Positions 48,783 through 62,145 of a stretch of 64,000 nt of DNA are shown piece by piece. The DNA comes from Octopus sinensis (Eukaryota): NCBI RefSeq assembly GCF_006345805.1, contig NC_042999.1:157790001-157854000 (forward strand), given 5' to 3'. The notes under the pieces are model-generated. The model was not told the origin of the DNA. It saw only the letters and a program-made list of their open reading frames with translations, and ran no database searches. A program made the translations under genes and the position numbers. How positions within the stretch are numbered: the stretch's first letter is position 1; each line of letters opens with the position of its first letter.

Positions 48783-49270
48783 TATATAATATATATAACT
48801 GTTATTCTCCTTGTCCTGTCTTTACTGTTTATATTTTATACTGTCGTTACTGTCCTGTTTTTGTTACCATTTTGTTACCCCTCCGCAAAAAGATCTCAAA
48901 TTTTATTTAATTTGCTTTTCGCGGGAAAGAAAAGTTTCAATCTAAGATGCGTCTCGCCTTCACCTTCGAAACGCAGAGTAGATGAAACCATGGCGACTGA
49001 AGAAGGGAATTTTCTTGTGTTATTGTCCTGTACTCTATTTTTCGTTGTTAAGGAAAATGTCCGTTCCTTGGTTTTGTGTTTATGTTTTCGTTTCTCATTG
49101 TGTTCAACGTCTTTTTGGTGTCCTGTACCCATATATGCATGTATATATACATGTAGAGGTAGGTACGTGCATATATGTATATATATGCATATGTTTTATT
49201 TTATTTATTGAGTACCGCTGGCGATTTTTTTTCCTCTGTCTTCCCTTCTCGGGATCTTTCCTTCTCCTAT

Positions 49271-49305
49271 GTTTCCGACGAAGAGCTCCGCTCGAAACGT
49301 TAAAC
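49271..49305 (+). ncRNA. Minimal type I hammerhead, U4C core
   Basis: GTTT-CCGACGA-A-GAGC tcc GCTC-GAAA-CGT-T / AAAC; the following pLTR-like sequence resembles that after 23856. Confidence 0.65.
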
Positions 49306-49428
49306 CCTCCTTCTTCCCTTCCTTCCTGAGCGTCCAATAATACTTTATTTGTTCCACGTCCTCGCGTTGTTGTGTTTTTTTGTTTTTTTTGTGTTTTCTT
49401 GTTTGGATTAACTATATATATATGTATG

Positions 49429-49495
<67 letters not shown>

Positions 49496-49934
49496 CATAT
49501 AACAATTGTAGCATGGAAGGTGTTTATAAGCCATTTAAGAAACACACAAAAACCGTTATAGATTCACTTCAACATTTAAATTCAATTTGTCAAAATATTT
49601 TCGTCGCTCTGAGACCGAGACCTGTTCATTGACAAAATTCCGTGGTGGCTTTATAAACACCTTCCACGCTGCAATTGTTTTCGTTCCAGCACACGATCTC
49701 AGATTAGGTCACTTGCTATGCAAGTACATCTCCGTTATATATACATAATACATACATATATATATATACGTATATGGGATCTGGACAAAAGCATCCTAGA
49801 ACAATAGTTGTTGCCTCTCTAAAAGAGAATGACTCTTTCCAGACACAACAGAATATACTTCAACACACGAACTAACATAAAGACATAAAGAATCTTGAAA
49901 ATGAAATCCAAAACCGAAATATATATATATTATT

Positions 49935-50142
49935 CTTTTAATTTTTTACTTGTTTCAGTCATTTGACAGCGGACATGCTGGAGCACCGCCTTTAGTCGAA
50001 CAATTCGACTCCAGGACTTATTCTTTGTAAGCCTAGTACTTATTCCATCGGTATTTTTTGCCGAACTGCTATGTTACTGAGGCGTAAACACACCAACATC
50101 GGTTGTCAAGTGATGGCGGGGGGCACAAACAGACACACAAAC

Positions 50143-50230
<88 letters not shown>

Positions 50231-50336
50231 GTATATATATATATGCCTCGGGCTTCTTTCGGTTTCTGTCTACCAAATCAAGGCCTTGGTCGGTCCGAGG
50301 CTATAGTAGAAGACACTTGCCCAAGGTGCCACGCAG
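49935..50336 (-). mobile_element. SINE family A
   Basis: Family consensus with long (TG)n. Confidence 0.85.
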
Positions 50337-50699
50337 ATATATATAAAAGAATTATATATAACACGGACTCTTTTTCAAAGACATCAGCTTTGCTAAAAAT
50401 AGGAGTCAAAACACTTCGAAGCCACAAAAGTTAACACTATATTTTCGCAGGTATGGTTGGAAAAAAAAATTAAGTCAAATATGGATTGCATCATTTCCCT
50501 GTAAAATTGCAAGAAGGTTCACTTGATATCATGATTTCGAATTAAGCACCAAAAACACGCTTGATTCTTCTCAGTCAAATCTGCTAGTAACAAACTCTTA
50601 TATATCACTTTCAACCAATGCCTGTGTTCGTTTCAGTGCCGAAGCCGCACTGAGGAAAAAACGAATGATATGAATACAATTGTTTCACAAAAATGAATA

Positions 50700-51685
50700 G
50701 AGAACATTAATACTCATAAGATGTATTAATGTTAGTGGTCGCAAGCTAAAGACGCATAGGCAAAATTAATAGATATATATAAAAGAATTATAGGATCTTT
50801 TCGGTTTGAACGGCAGTTTTTTCTAGCGGTGTCATATGAAATTGGCACCCATAATTATGACCCTAGTATCGATCTATTGCATTTCAATCTATTTTAGGGT
50901 TAGGGTTAGGGTTAGGGGTGGGAGAAAGGGTATCTTTTTTTCTTCAGAAATGTAAATAAATCCAATCTGTTTCTTAAACGAGGGACATATTCATACGGCA
51001 CAGAATGTTGTTTACCTCAATGGACGTCATCGATGGTTTGAAATTGCAGAAATGAAGAAAAACAACAACAAATATCTTACAAACTATAGAATTTTCTCAA
51101 TAAAGCCAAGAGAAAAAAGATGTTTTATAAACACATTCTACCAGTATACGAAGTTTAAAATTTTTTAGTTACCTAGAAATTATGTTAAAAACTGCCGTTC
51201 AAACCGAAAAGATCTGAATTATATATATCAAGGGCGTTTTTTCAAAGACAGCAGCTTTGCTAAAAATAGGAGTCAAAACACCCCGAAGCAACAAAAGTTA
51301 ACACTATATTTTCACGACATGATTGGAAAAAAGACTTAAGTGAAATAAGGATTGCGTTTTATCTCTGCGAAATTGCAAGCAGGAATGTCAGTTAATGATT
51401 TCGAATTTAGCGCCAAAAACACGCTTGATTCTCCTCAGTCAAGTCTACTAGTAAGAGGTAAGACGCAATCCTTATTTCACTTAATGTTTTTGCAACCATA
51501 CCTCTGAAAATACGATGTTAACTTTCGTGGTTTCGGAGTGTTTTGACTCCTATCTTTAGCAAAGCCGGTGTCTTTGAAAATGTGCCCTTGTTATATATAA
51601 TCCTTTTATATATATTGATTTTGCTCATACGGTTTTAGCTTGCGGACACTAACATTACTACATCTAATGAGTATTAATGTTCTGT
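50700..51685. mobile_element. Foldback MITE with long imperfect TIRs, interrupted by a nested MITE; extra arm copy at 50340-50590
   Basis: AGAACATTAATACTCA.. matches ..TGAGTATTAATGTTCT; internal arms 51224-51370 vs 51444-51600. Confidence 0.75.
50793..51215. mobile_element. GGATC-TIR MITE with 8-bp TSD and internal (TTAGGG)3
   Basis: TSD GAATTATA at 50785-50792 and 51216-51223; opposite orientation to 40799-41208. Confidence 0.9.
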
Positions 51686-51814
51686 AGTTTTGTATATATA
51701 TATATATATATATGTATGTATATGTATGTATGTATGTGTGTATGAATGTATGTATGTATGTATGTATGTATGTATGTATGTATGTATGTATGTATGTATG
51801 TATGTGTGTATGTA

Positions 51815-52003
51815 TGGCCGTGTGGTAAGGAGCTTGCTTACCAGCCTCATGGTTCTGAGTTCATTCCCACTGCGTGGCACCTTGGGCAAGTGTCTTCTAC
51901 TATAGCCTCGGGCCGACCAAAGCCTTGTAAGTGGATTTGGTAGACGGAAACTGAAAGAATTCCGTCATATATATGTATATATATATATATGTGTGTGTGT
52001 GTG

Positions 52004-52044
<41 letters not shown>

Positions 52045-52260
52045 TGTGCCTGTGTTTGTCCCCCCAACATCGCTTGACAACCGATGCTGGTGTGTTTACG
52101 TTCCCGTAACTTAGCAGTTCGGCAAGAGACCGATAGAATAAGTAATAGGCTCACAAAGAATAAATCTTGATGTCAATTTGCACGACTAAAGGCGATGGTC
52201 CAGCATGTGACCGCAGTCAAATGACTAAAACAAGTAAAAGAGTAAAAGAGAAAGAGAAAG
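51815..52260 (+). mobile_element. SINE family A
   Basis: Family consensus, followed by (GA)n. Confidence 0.88.
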
Positions 52261-52270
52261 AGAGAGAGAG

Positions 52271-52326
<56 letters not shown>

Positions 52327-52799
52327 TAAAGAGAGTGGTTATAAGGGGTTGCTTAAACCTGAATTCCGCCGATTTTTTCTTCTTAACACGTTTACAGGAG
52401 AATTGTTAGGAAACCATCAGTGCCTGCCGTTCAATTTATACTTATTTTGTCTATAGCAACTAACTCTGTTTTTCTTTCTGAAACTTCTTCATATCGATCT
52501 AACCTTTTGCTTGTGTGCCAGTGGCATCTTGAATATACTATTGTATATAAATAGAGTCACACGAAACAGCGTTGAAGGGCTTCCCAATTATTCGTATGCT
52601 CAAGATTGTTGAATATTATACTTGTACATACAAACATATAAACAGAGAAGTGTGCATGCGTAGCTACATACAATATTCTTAAACAGTCTCAGTATATTTT
52701 CAACGTCTATTATTTCATGCGCGCGTGCACGCACACGTGTGTGTGTGTGTATATGCTTCTGCATATGTATATATGTATGTATGTGTGTATGCTTATATC

Positions 52800-53193
52800 T
52801 CTTTTTCTCTTTTACTTGTTTCAGTCATTTGACTGCGGCCATGTTGGAGCACCGCCTTTAGTCGAGCAAATCGACCCCGGGACTTATTCTATGTAAGCCC
52901 AGTACTTATTCTACCGGTCTCTTTAGCCGAACCGCTAAGTGACGGGGACGTAAACACACCAGCATCGGTTGTCAAGCAATGCTAGGGGGACAAACACAGA
53001 CACACAAACATACACACACACACATATATACGACAGGCTTCTTTCAGTTTCCGTCTACCAAATCCACTCACAAAGCTTTGGTCAGCCCGAGGCTATAGCA
53101 GAAGACACTTGCCCAAGATGTCACGCAGTGGTACTGAACCCGCAACCATGTGGTCGGTAAGCAAGCTACTTACCACACAGCCACTCCTGCGCC
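52800..53193 (-). mobile_element. SINE family A, full length
   Basis: Family consensus; a second head fragment at 53318-53422. Confidence 0.9.
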
Positions 53194-53584
53194 TGTATAT
53201 GCATGTATATGCGTGAGTATAATTGAGTATGTGTCTTGTGTGAATATGTATACACGTGCGTACGCGTTGAGCTTTAACGTGATAATATATATTGCAGCTG
53301 AATGTATCTATATGTTGCCTTTGGTCGGCCCGAGGCTATAGTAGAAGACACTTCCTGAAGGTGCCACGCAGTGGGACAGAACTCAGAACCACGAGGTTGG
53401 TAAGCAAGCTCCTTACCACACAAATATACGTATATGAATAAGCAACATATGCATGTATGTTCGTGTGTGTGTGTGCCGTGTGTGTGTGTGTGTGTGTGTG
53501 TGTACATATAAATCCATACATGTATATATATATACACGCACAAACACACTACATTATGTTCCTAATGAGGTGATTAAGAATATA

Positions 53585-54887
53585 TTGGGTTGGTAACTAA
53601 GTTCCCGCCGTTTTTTAAAATTTTGGATATTATTGAGTTTTTAAATTTTGGATTCTATTTTTTTCGAGAATTCTATTTTTGAATCATTTTGGAATCTATT
53701 TTGTTTGTTTTTTTCTAGTTAATTTTAGTTAATTTTTGTCTATTTTCAGATCATTAAAATGGAATGTCAAGTTAAGGAAAACGAGCATTTTCGACACCTC
53801 CTTCTTTTTGCTTTTAATCAATGTTCTAATGCCGCAAAAGCTGCTCGCAACGTTTGTGCTGTGTATGGAGAGAGTGCCATAGCTGAAAGAACCGCTCCTG
53901 ATTGCTATGCTAAGTTCAAAAATGGATATTTTGACCTCAAAGACGCACCTCATTCTCGCCGTCCAGTTGTGTTCGACGAAGAGCGATTAAACCAACTTTT
54001 GCCTGAAAATTCTCATCAAACGATGAGGGAACTGGCAGAGAAAATGGAATGCTTCCATACTGCTATAGAGAAGCATCTTCACACGATGGGAAAGGTTCAG
54101 AAGTATGGAGCTTGAGTTCCGCATGCTTTAGGGTGACAACAACAAAAACCAACGAGCCACAATCTCCGCTGGTTTGCTTCCTCGTCACCGCTCAACTCAT
54201 GGACACAAGCAACGATTTCTTTACCGAATCGTTACTGGCGACGAAAAATGGTGCCTGTATATCAATATTATCTGCGTAAGGAATGGCTTAGCCCCGGTAA
54301 ACAAGCGACACCGCGAGTGAAACAAGATGTTCATCCGCGTAAGACGATGTTGTGCGTATGGTGGGACTTGGAAGGGATTATCCGTTACGAATTGCTTGAA
54401 CGGAACCAAACGGTCAACACGGAACTCTATGTTCAACAGATGGAACGACTCAACCGGCTATTCAAGAGAAAAGACGTAATCGGCAGCATCGAGTTCCTCT
54501 GCTGCACGACCACGCCCGCCCTCATATCGCCAATATGACCAAGAAAGCCATTCAAAACCATGGCTGGGAAGTGCTGCTACACTCGCCGTACTCTCCTGAA
54601 CTGGTGCCAGCGGATTTCCACCTCTTTCTATCTCTTTTAAATGCTATGCACGGAGCTTCGTTCAATACTGATGCAGAATTGAGAGCTTGGTTGGATCAAT
54701 TTTTCGAGTCGAAATCGGGTGATTTCTACCAATGAGGTATTGAAAATCTTGTTGAACGTTGGGAAGAATTTGTAAACAACAAGGGTGAATACATTATGGA
54801 TTAATTAGTCGTTATTTTTTTTATTAAACCTTTAAAAAATAATTTAAATATAAAAAAAAAACGGCGGGAACTTAGTTGTCAACCTAA
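53585..54887 (+). mobile_element. Full-length mariner transposon (1303 bp), inactivated
   Basis: TIRs TTGGGTTGGTAACTAAGTTCCCGCCGTTTTTT / inverse TTAGGTTGACAACTAAG..; TA target duplication. Confidence 0.95.
53759..54804 (+). pseudogene. Mariner DD34D transposase pseudogene (mellifera-like)
   Basis: HTH N-terminus; WVPHxL with W to TGA; TGDEKW; HDHARPH; YSPELVPADFHLF; several frameshifts and stops. Confidence 0.92.
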
Positions 54888-55259
54888 TATATAAAGATAC
54901 AGAAAAGAAATTGGTGAATAATGATAGAGATCACCATAACTGTTAGAATAAATACATGAAGGTATACCTTAACACATGGAATAGTAGGATAAATCTTTGT
55001 AATAGATATAGTGATAGAAAAAAGATGTGCAACTGTGAAAAAACTGTAATTAATGGAAATAATGATATGAAAAGTGAGAATAGCAGTGTGTAACTCGGGG
55101 GCAAACTTACTGTAATATCGATGCAGCGTATGAATTATAATAAGGATAATAATGATATTGATAGTAGTAATAATAATGCCAGTGGCAATAAATTGGATGA
55201 TAATGGAGATGATAATAATGGTAGTTCTTATAAAAGAATGAATGATGGAAATATATTAA

Positions 55260-55550
55260 GAAATACTAACTACAATAAGAACCTAGAAGCGGAGAGCCTG
55301 CTTGACACAGACTACATGTTACAGTGCCCACACGGAGAACAAATAGCTGCCGATATGTCAGGAACACTCTTCATGGCCCTGGACAAGAATTTCCCATCAT
55401 CAACTAAATATAGTTGATCAACTAAATTTAATAGACAATCGGTTAAATTTGCCTTTTGAACTACGAAAAAACTTGGCTGAAAGTATTGCAGATCATAATA
55501 GCAGGAAGTTAAAGGAGTTTGTTGAAATGAATTTAGCCAAATCAATAAAT
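55260..55550 (+). pseudogene. Penelope-like element ORF relic (linker between RT and GIY-YIG)
   Basis: LFMALDKNFPSS..*STKFNRQSVKFAF*TTKNLAESIADHNSRKL, one frame with two stops; matches the PLE motif LDKHFP..KIFNRNTVKxSYSCMxN...I..HN. Confidence 0.6.
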
Positions 55551-55999
55551 AATAATAGTAATTGGAATGATAGGAGCAATGATATTAATATTGGTGTAAA
55601 TATAAAATATAAATATAAAAATCCAATTAAAATATTTAAATTAAAGTTAAAATTTAAAAAAATTATTTAAATTAATAATTTAAACTTAAAAATTATAAAT
55701 ATATATATATTTCTATTATTATTTTATTTAATTATTTATTTTTTAATTTTTATTTATATTTTTATATATTTATTTATTTTTTATTTTTTTATTTTTTAAA
55801 ATTATTTATTAAAAAATTTTTTTTTATTTAAAAAAATTTTTATATTTTTTATTTATTTTATTTATTCATTTATTTAAAAAAAAATTTTTTATATATATAT
55901 ATATGTGTATGGGGAGAATTCACGAAAAAAAAAAAGACGAAGCCAGGTGGTGTAAAAAACAAACGGATGTATTAGTATAACGCACAGAATTGAAAAAGT

Positions 56000-56035
56000 C
56001 TTTAACGTTTCGAGCCTACGCTCTTCCACAGAAAG
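56000..56035 (-). ncRNA. Minimal hammerhead-like motif, A6U core, same family as 23819
   Basis: CTTT-CTGTGGA-A-GAGC gtag GCTC-GAAA-CGT-T / AAAG within a pLTR-like segment 55905-56070. Confidence 0.6.
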
Positions 56036-56137
56036 GAACACAGAAAGAAACAAGGAGAGAAAAAATGTGTGTAGTGGCTACCGATCTTTCATGGCGAATG
56101 CCGGACAGAAGGGTCACACAGGAGAGCTAAGAAGTAG

Positions 56138-56189
<52 letters not shown>

Positions 56190-56303
56190 ATATTTTTCTT
56201 TTATTTCTTCTACTTGTTTCAGTCATCTGCCTGCGGCCATGCTGAAGCATCGCCTTTAGTCGAACAGATCGGCCCCAGGACTTATTCTTTGTAAGCCTAG
56301 TAC

Positions 56304-56403
56304 NNNNNNNNNNNNNNNNNNNNNNNNNNNNNNNNNNNNNNNNNNNNNNNNNNNNNNNNNNNNNNNNNNNNNNNNNNNNNNNNNNNNNNNNNNNNNNNNN
56401 NNN
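56304..56403. other. Assembly gap (100 N)
   Basis: Direct reading; a SINE A tail at 56205-56303 runs into it. Confidence 1.
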
Positions 56404-56714
56404 CAGTCAGTAAGCTGATAGTTTAATCAGATAATACGTGATACAGGGTCCCAACAAGAAAGCAAATTGCTACAACTCCAGGGATATCAAATAACTATCA
56501 ACGAATATTTAGTGATAAGAAGATAAAATACACTGGTATACAAAACCTTTGCTACTTCAGTGATAATGATTAATTGCGCTGTCTGAAGAGGCAGGTTTGA
56601 AGCAGTAGCAGAGTCTGGTAAAGTTTCGCTTTCAGCTGTAGTCGTAAAACAGCATTGGGAAATATATTCACATAGCATTCTGTATAACTTACTCAACGTG
56701 CTTATAGTGTAGAC

Positions 56715-56933
56715 CAGTGGTTTTCAACCAGGGTTCTGCGGAACCTTACGGTTCCGCCAGAACAGTCCAGGGGTTCCGCAAGAAGTTACAAAACTGCTAA
56801 AATCGGCAGTAATTTTTAATTTTCCTGTGCAGCTATGTATGCATAAAACAATTAAATTATTGCACAGGGGTTCCTCGAGCCAGTGGAATGTTTCCTTGGG
56901 GTTCCGCTCCAGCAAAAAGTTTGAAAAGCACTA
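56715..56933. mobile_element. hAT (Charlie-like) MITE, 219 bp
   Basis: TIR CAGTGGTTTTCAA / TTGAAAAGCACTA; perfect 8-bp TSD GTGTAGAC. Confidence 0.9.
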
Positions 56934-57344
56934 GTGTAGACAGTCACAAAACTGTAGCATTCGTCTCGAGGCAGCTTCTCGTATAGACGTATAATGTTAA
57001 AAAGCACAGAAGCATATCTGCAGCAAACGAAAAGTGTCCAACAGCGGCGGTGGATTTGCTAAATGCATGATTTCTGTTCCTTTGCATATCATCAGTTGCT
57101 GGTGTCCACTATCAAACGCATGCTTAAACAAACTTAGCTTCTACTGATACAGTAAAATAGGGATTAACAAAATGATAGGCGTCCAAAATTGTGGTCGGGT
57201 TGGATAAAATTTTCGGTAAATTTTTAACCCGCCCTTTTCATAAAAAAAAAAAAACGATTTTTCGCATGGAATCAACTCCCCTGACCTCCTACTTTCTTGC
57301 AAACACCACCATTTTGATGGAGACGAAGGTCTCCTCCCCAGATT

Positions 57345-57651
57345 TTTGGGAATGAATTACGGTGAGCTCCTAATAGGCCACAAAACCTTTCTTTTTCGTC
57401 CGGAAAACAGAGGTGGAGGAGGACCCTCGGAAATTTCAAACCCCACCCCAATTTCACAGGGAAATTCACCCCTACCCCAAATTTCACAGGGCAAATTTTT
57501 ATACGACGATCAATACTTGGTGGTAAGGGAACCTTTCTAGTAGCACTCGTCCTTTTAGAAATAACAGCCAAATCTCCCTAGCCACGCAGCACCGTCTTTG
57601 TTGAGCATAGGTACCCGTATTCTTTCGTTAGCTTTTGTGTGTGCGCATGTG

Positions 57652-57724
<73 letters not shown>

Positions 57725-58810
57725 TGTGTGTGTGTGTGTGTGTGATGTATATATGTGTCTGTGTTTTGTATGTGTTTGTATGTGTTGCGTTAACAATGCC
57801 CTCCGTTTCCCGGGACCCAAAGAGGGTTTGTGGCATATTAAAAGGTCACCGGAATTCATTCAACGAAAAAAAAAAAAAAATCCAATGATTCCGGAATAGA
57901 GGGAGGTCCTGTTCCTTCGATCCTTTTCCCGAACAAAAATAAGGGGTTCGCAGCATATTAGGAGGTCAAGGTACTTACTTGATTCCACGAAAAAAATCCA
58001 AATTTTTTAGTGAAAATTGTGCGAGTGAAAGCACATACTTATACAGACACATATATGCACACACACATATATAAGCACTCATATATATACACACATACAA
58101 ACATACAAAAATTAAGGAAAGAATGCCGTACGGGTGCGCTTTGCTCAATGAAGACAGTGCTGTGTGGCTAGGGAGATTTGGCTGTTATTTCTGAAAGGAC
58201 GACTGCTACTGGAAAAGTTCCCTCACCAACAAGTATTGACCCACGTGTAAAAATTTGCTAAAAAATTCAGTTTCGCACCTCATCTTCAGAAATGTATTTT
58301 CTGAAATGTCTTCAGATTCCTAGGTTTTATTTAGGTATCGGACATTAAGAATATGCCAAGAAAAAAAAAAAAGAAGGAAATTGTAAAAGCAGTTCTATTG
58401 ATTCGGAAATAGGGCATTGTTATCGCCACACATACATGCACACACATATACATACACACACACATGCACACACACACACACACACACACATCTGTACACA
58501 TATACACACACAGAAAAGCTAACGAAAGAATACGGGTACGTTTCGCTCAACAAAGACGGTGCAGTGTGGCTGGGAAGATTTGGCTGTTATTTCTAAAAGG
58601 ACGAGTGCTACTGGAAAGGTTCCCTTGTCACCAAGTATTGACCTTCGTATAAAACGTTGCCAAAGAATTTTCCCTGTGAAATTTGGTGGGTGAGTGTGAC
58701 TTTCCCTGTGAAATTGGGGTATTGTAATTTCCGAGGGTCCCAACCCCGCTTTCTGGACACAAAAGAAAGGTTTTGTGACATATTACGAGCTCACCGTAAT
58801 TCATTCTACT
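57345..58810. mobile_element. Large foldback structure with ~300-bp inverted arms
   Basis: 57345-57650 inverse of 58500-58810; third partial arm at 58100-58260. Confidence 0.75.
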
Positions 58811-58964
58811 GAAAAAAAAATTCTCGAAATATCCGGGGAGGATATTTCGAACCTTCAAGAAACGGGTTAAAAATACTTTAACCCGTTCGCCCCACAACTT
58901 GATTTATTGGTGATTTAAATGAGGGTTTTAACTCCTTTTTCTAGCAGGTAGGCACCTTGTGCAC

Positions 58965-59003
<39 letters not shown>

Positions 59004-59491
59004 CCTGCCTTTAGGCTTTCAGTTCATACACGCCAGCTCAATTTGACTCGTTCTCAGTCGAAAGACGCCTGTTGTTATTTCTTGTTGTTTGTATTCGTAA
59101 TTGTGTATCATGTTCTCCGTTTTTTTTTGTTTGTTTGTGTTTTTTGTCTTTGTTGCCGTACACATTTGCTAGCTTTCTTACAAAGGGGTCTAATGCTCTT
59201 AGCTTAACCTTTTTGGGGGGCGGTGGGCAACCAGATCGAACCATCTCGAAATGGTCGTGACTTCTGGAACTTGACTGAGGAACGAAAGCCACGAATGACG
59301 CTTTGTATTTTTGCCTGTCCTTCTAACTGTCGTTTCTCTTGTCCGCCTTTGTATCGCCTATCTGTCTTATGTCCTCTATTGCGTTTTTGCTCCATTTATA
59401 TATATAATATATTATATAATATAATATATTATATATATGTGAGGGTGTGTGTGTATATTGTATATATATATATATATATGTATATATTTAT

Positions 59492-59523
<32 letters not shown>

Positions 59524-59540
59524 ACACACACACATACACA

Positions 59541-59705
59541 CACATAGACGAGGTAAGAGCCACCGATGAGAATTAAGATGCTCTGCATCAAAATTCGAAA
59601 TCACCAGTGATACGGCTATGTCCGCGACCGTAGGGACCTTTGTCTCCCTTGTCAGCTTATTAAGATAGTGCTCTTGTGGCTAATGAATCGGTTTGACTCT
59701 TATTT
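59541..59705 (+). ncRNA. Second copy of the U4C hammerhead repeat (HHR 59558-59617)
   Basis: Near-identical to 32862-33027; C at 59613 breaks the first stem I pair; follows (CA)n like copy 1. Confidence 0.75.
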
Positions 59706-60045
59706 CATACACACAAACGCCCACACACACACATACACACGCACACGCGCACGCACTCAAACATATTTGCAAATGAAGAAGCACTGAGAAATGTGCAAAT
59801 ATGGGATTATTAACGTCGTATCTCGAAGTGCATTCAGCTGTAAATGATTGCACATAATACATTTTACTGCAGTGCATTATAAGCTTACTCTTTATAGTTA
59901 TTTGACGTCGAGTTGGATCGTCAATAAAGACACACACACACACGCACACACACACATACACACACACACACACGCACGCACGCACACACACACATACTCA
60001 CGCACACACACAGGTATATACATATCCGTATATATATACATACAA

Positions 60046-60085
<40 letters not shown>

Positions 60086-61662
60086 GTATGTACGTATGTA
60101 TATATATACATACATTATATATGTGTATATATATATACATACATACATATATATATATATATACAAACATACATATATATATATATAATATATATATTTA
60201 TTATATATATGTATATATATATATATATATATATAATAATATATATAATATATATATATATATGTATATATATACATACATACATATATATCTATATATT
60301 TATAAATAGCTAAGTTTGGTGGGGGTTTACGTACGCACACATATACCTTATAGCTATGTACACTTCATATATGTTCCACATATTGAGAAAATTATACACA
60401 CACATGTATTATATAATTAAAATATACATATATTTGATATACGTGCGCACAGACACACACACACATACGCATATGTATGTATTTATACATATACATTATA
60501 TGTTTATGAGTTTATATGTTATACATGTATTCATACGTATATATGCGTGAAATGAAATATATGTATATAATACAAACGCAACATACACATACACACACAC
60601 GCACGAGCGTGCACACACACACGCACGCACACACACACATGCACATTTTCCAGAAATCAAGCAAGATTGCTATTGTTAACGAACGATCTATAACTGAATG
60701 TTTCTTCAATTATATGGCCAACTTTTAAGATATAGCACACCCATTAACTTCCAAATAAACCATTTCTTCCAGGTGATAGCGCTAAAATTACTCACTAAAT
60801 ATTGACGAAACTATACACCTGAATTCACACTTTGTCATCTTTTGTTGAAATTTACAAAAGCCTTAAGCAATTTTTGAACAAAAGTTGGGAATTTGTGCAT
60901 TCTTGGAACTACGTTCATTGATAGTTATTAAGAAATTTTCAAACGTTAACTGATTAAAAATTTCTGCGCAATGCGTTTACCATACATTGAAAAACGAGAA
61001 TATACTGGCAAGAAAATCAAAAAATAAATTAAAAAAAAAACAAAAAGGAGATAGTGTGGCATGTAGTAAGGAGATCGCTTCTGTCACATTGATCCAGGTT
61101 CAATCCCGCTGCGTGGCAGCTTGGGCAGACCACAGCCTATAGCACTGACCCGACCAAAGCCTATAACATTGACTGAACTAAAGCTTTTGTGAGCGGATTT
61201 CGTAGCCAGAAACGAAAGAAGCGTGCCCTGTATATATATATATAATATATATATATATATTATGATATGTAGAAAAATACAGACTGAGACAAGAACGCAT
61301 AAAACTTAGAAGACGATGCAACAAACACAGACAGGACATTCGAAGCCCTCAGTCTTCAGTCAAGACCCGGATCATCGTAGTAATTTCGGCTGATTAATCT
61401 TGAGATTACTAGACCCGCCAGCCCTCCAGGAAAAACTAAGCAACGAGCTTAGAAAACTAAGCTAGGAGCGTAGATTTCCTGGAAGAAGGATCGAATGCAT
61501 ACGAACACAAAGACAGCAAACGGACGGTGCCACACGAATATAAAAAACAAAAAACAATAATGAAATACAAAAACATGGAATACAAAAGCAATAATGGTAA
61601 AAACAGCAAGTGTCTTACGACTAATAACAGTGCAAACAGGCCTGGCTGGCGTATTTTGGAAA

Positions 61663-61712
61663 AATTGCCTTAGCGGCGAATTGCCTTAGCGGCGAATTGC
61701 CTTAGCGGCGAA
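61663..61712 (+). repeat. 16-bp tandem repeat x3 (AATTGCCTTAGCGGCG)
   Basis: Direct reading. Confidence 0.9.
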
Positions 61713-62097
61713 CGAGGACAACGATGTTATCACGGCGCTGGTCAGAGGCCGAAAGGCAGATTTTGGCCAGCAGTCACGTGACAGAGAAGGGAGAAAAGAA
61801 GGAAGAGAGAGAGAGAAGGGGGACGAAAGCAACAAGGGGGGGAGAATAGGGAGAAAGAAGGAATTAGAGAGGGTAGAAGGGATGGGTGTCAAAGATTGAC
61901 CTGCGAGTGCAAAGGAAGACAAAGAAATGGAAGTGTAGGGGAAGAGTAGACCAAAGAATCAGAGGCAAGAGAAGAGAAAAAGAGGGATGAGTAGAGAGAA
62001 AAGGGAGAGAAGGGGACAGATCAACGTAGAATGCGAAGTAATTGTAAGAGAGAGAGAGACAAACAAACAAAGTGTAGAGTCGTACCAAATTTACCAA

Positions 62098-62144
<47 letters not shown>

Positions 62145-62145
62145 T

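Noticed and set aside
50896-50916. Telomere (TTAGGG)n
   Set aside because: Only about 3 units, internal to a MITE.
55560-55900. Extreme AT-only quasi-palindromic stretch
   Set aside because: Near the assembly gap and without a defined repeat unit; may be low-quality sequence.
61385-61435. GGCTG..CAGCC-GAAA stem (also 23500-23560) as a hammerhead
   Set aside because: Stem II-like pairing is conserved, but there is no recognisable core or stem III in either copy.
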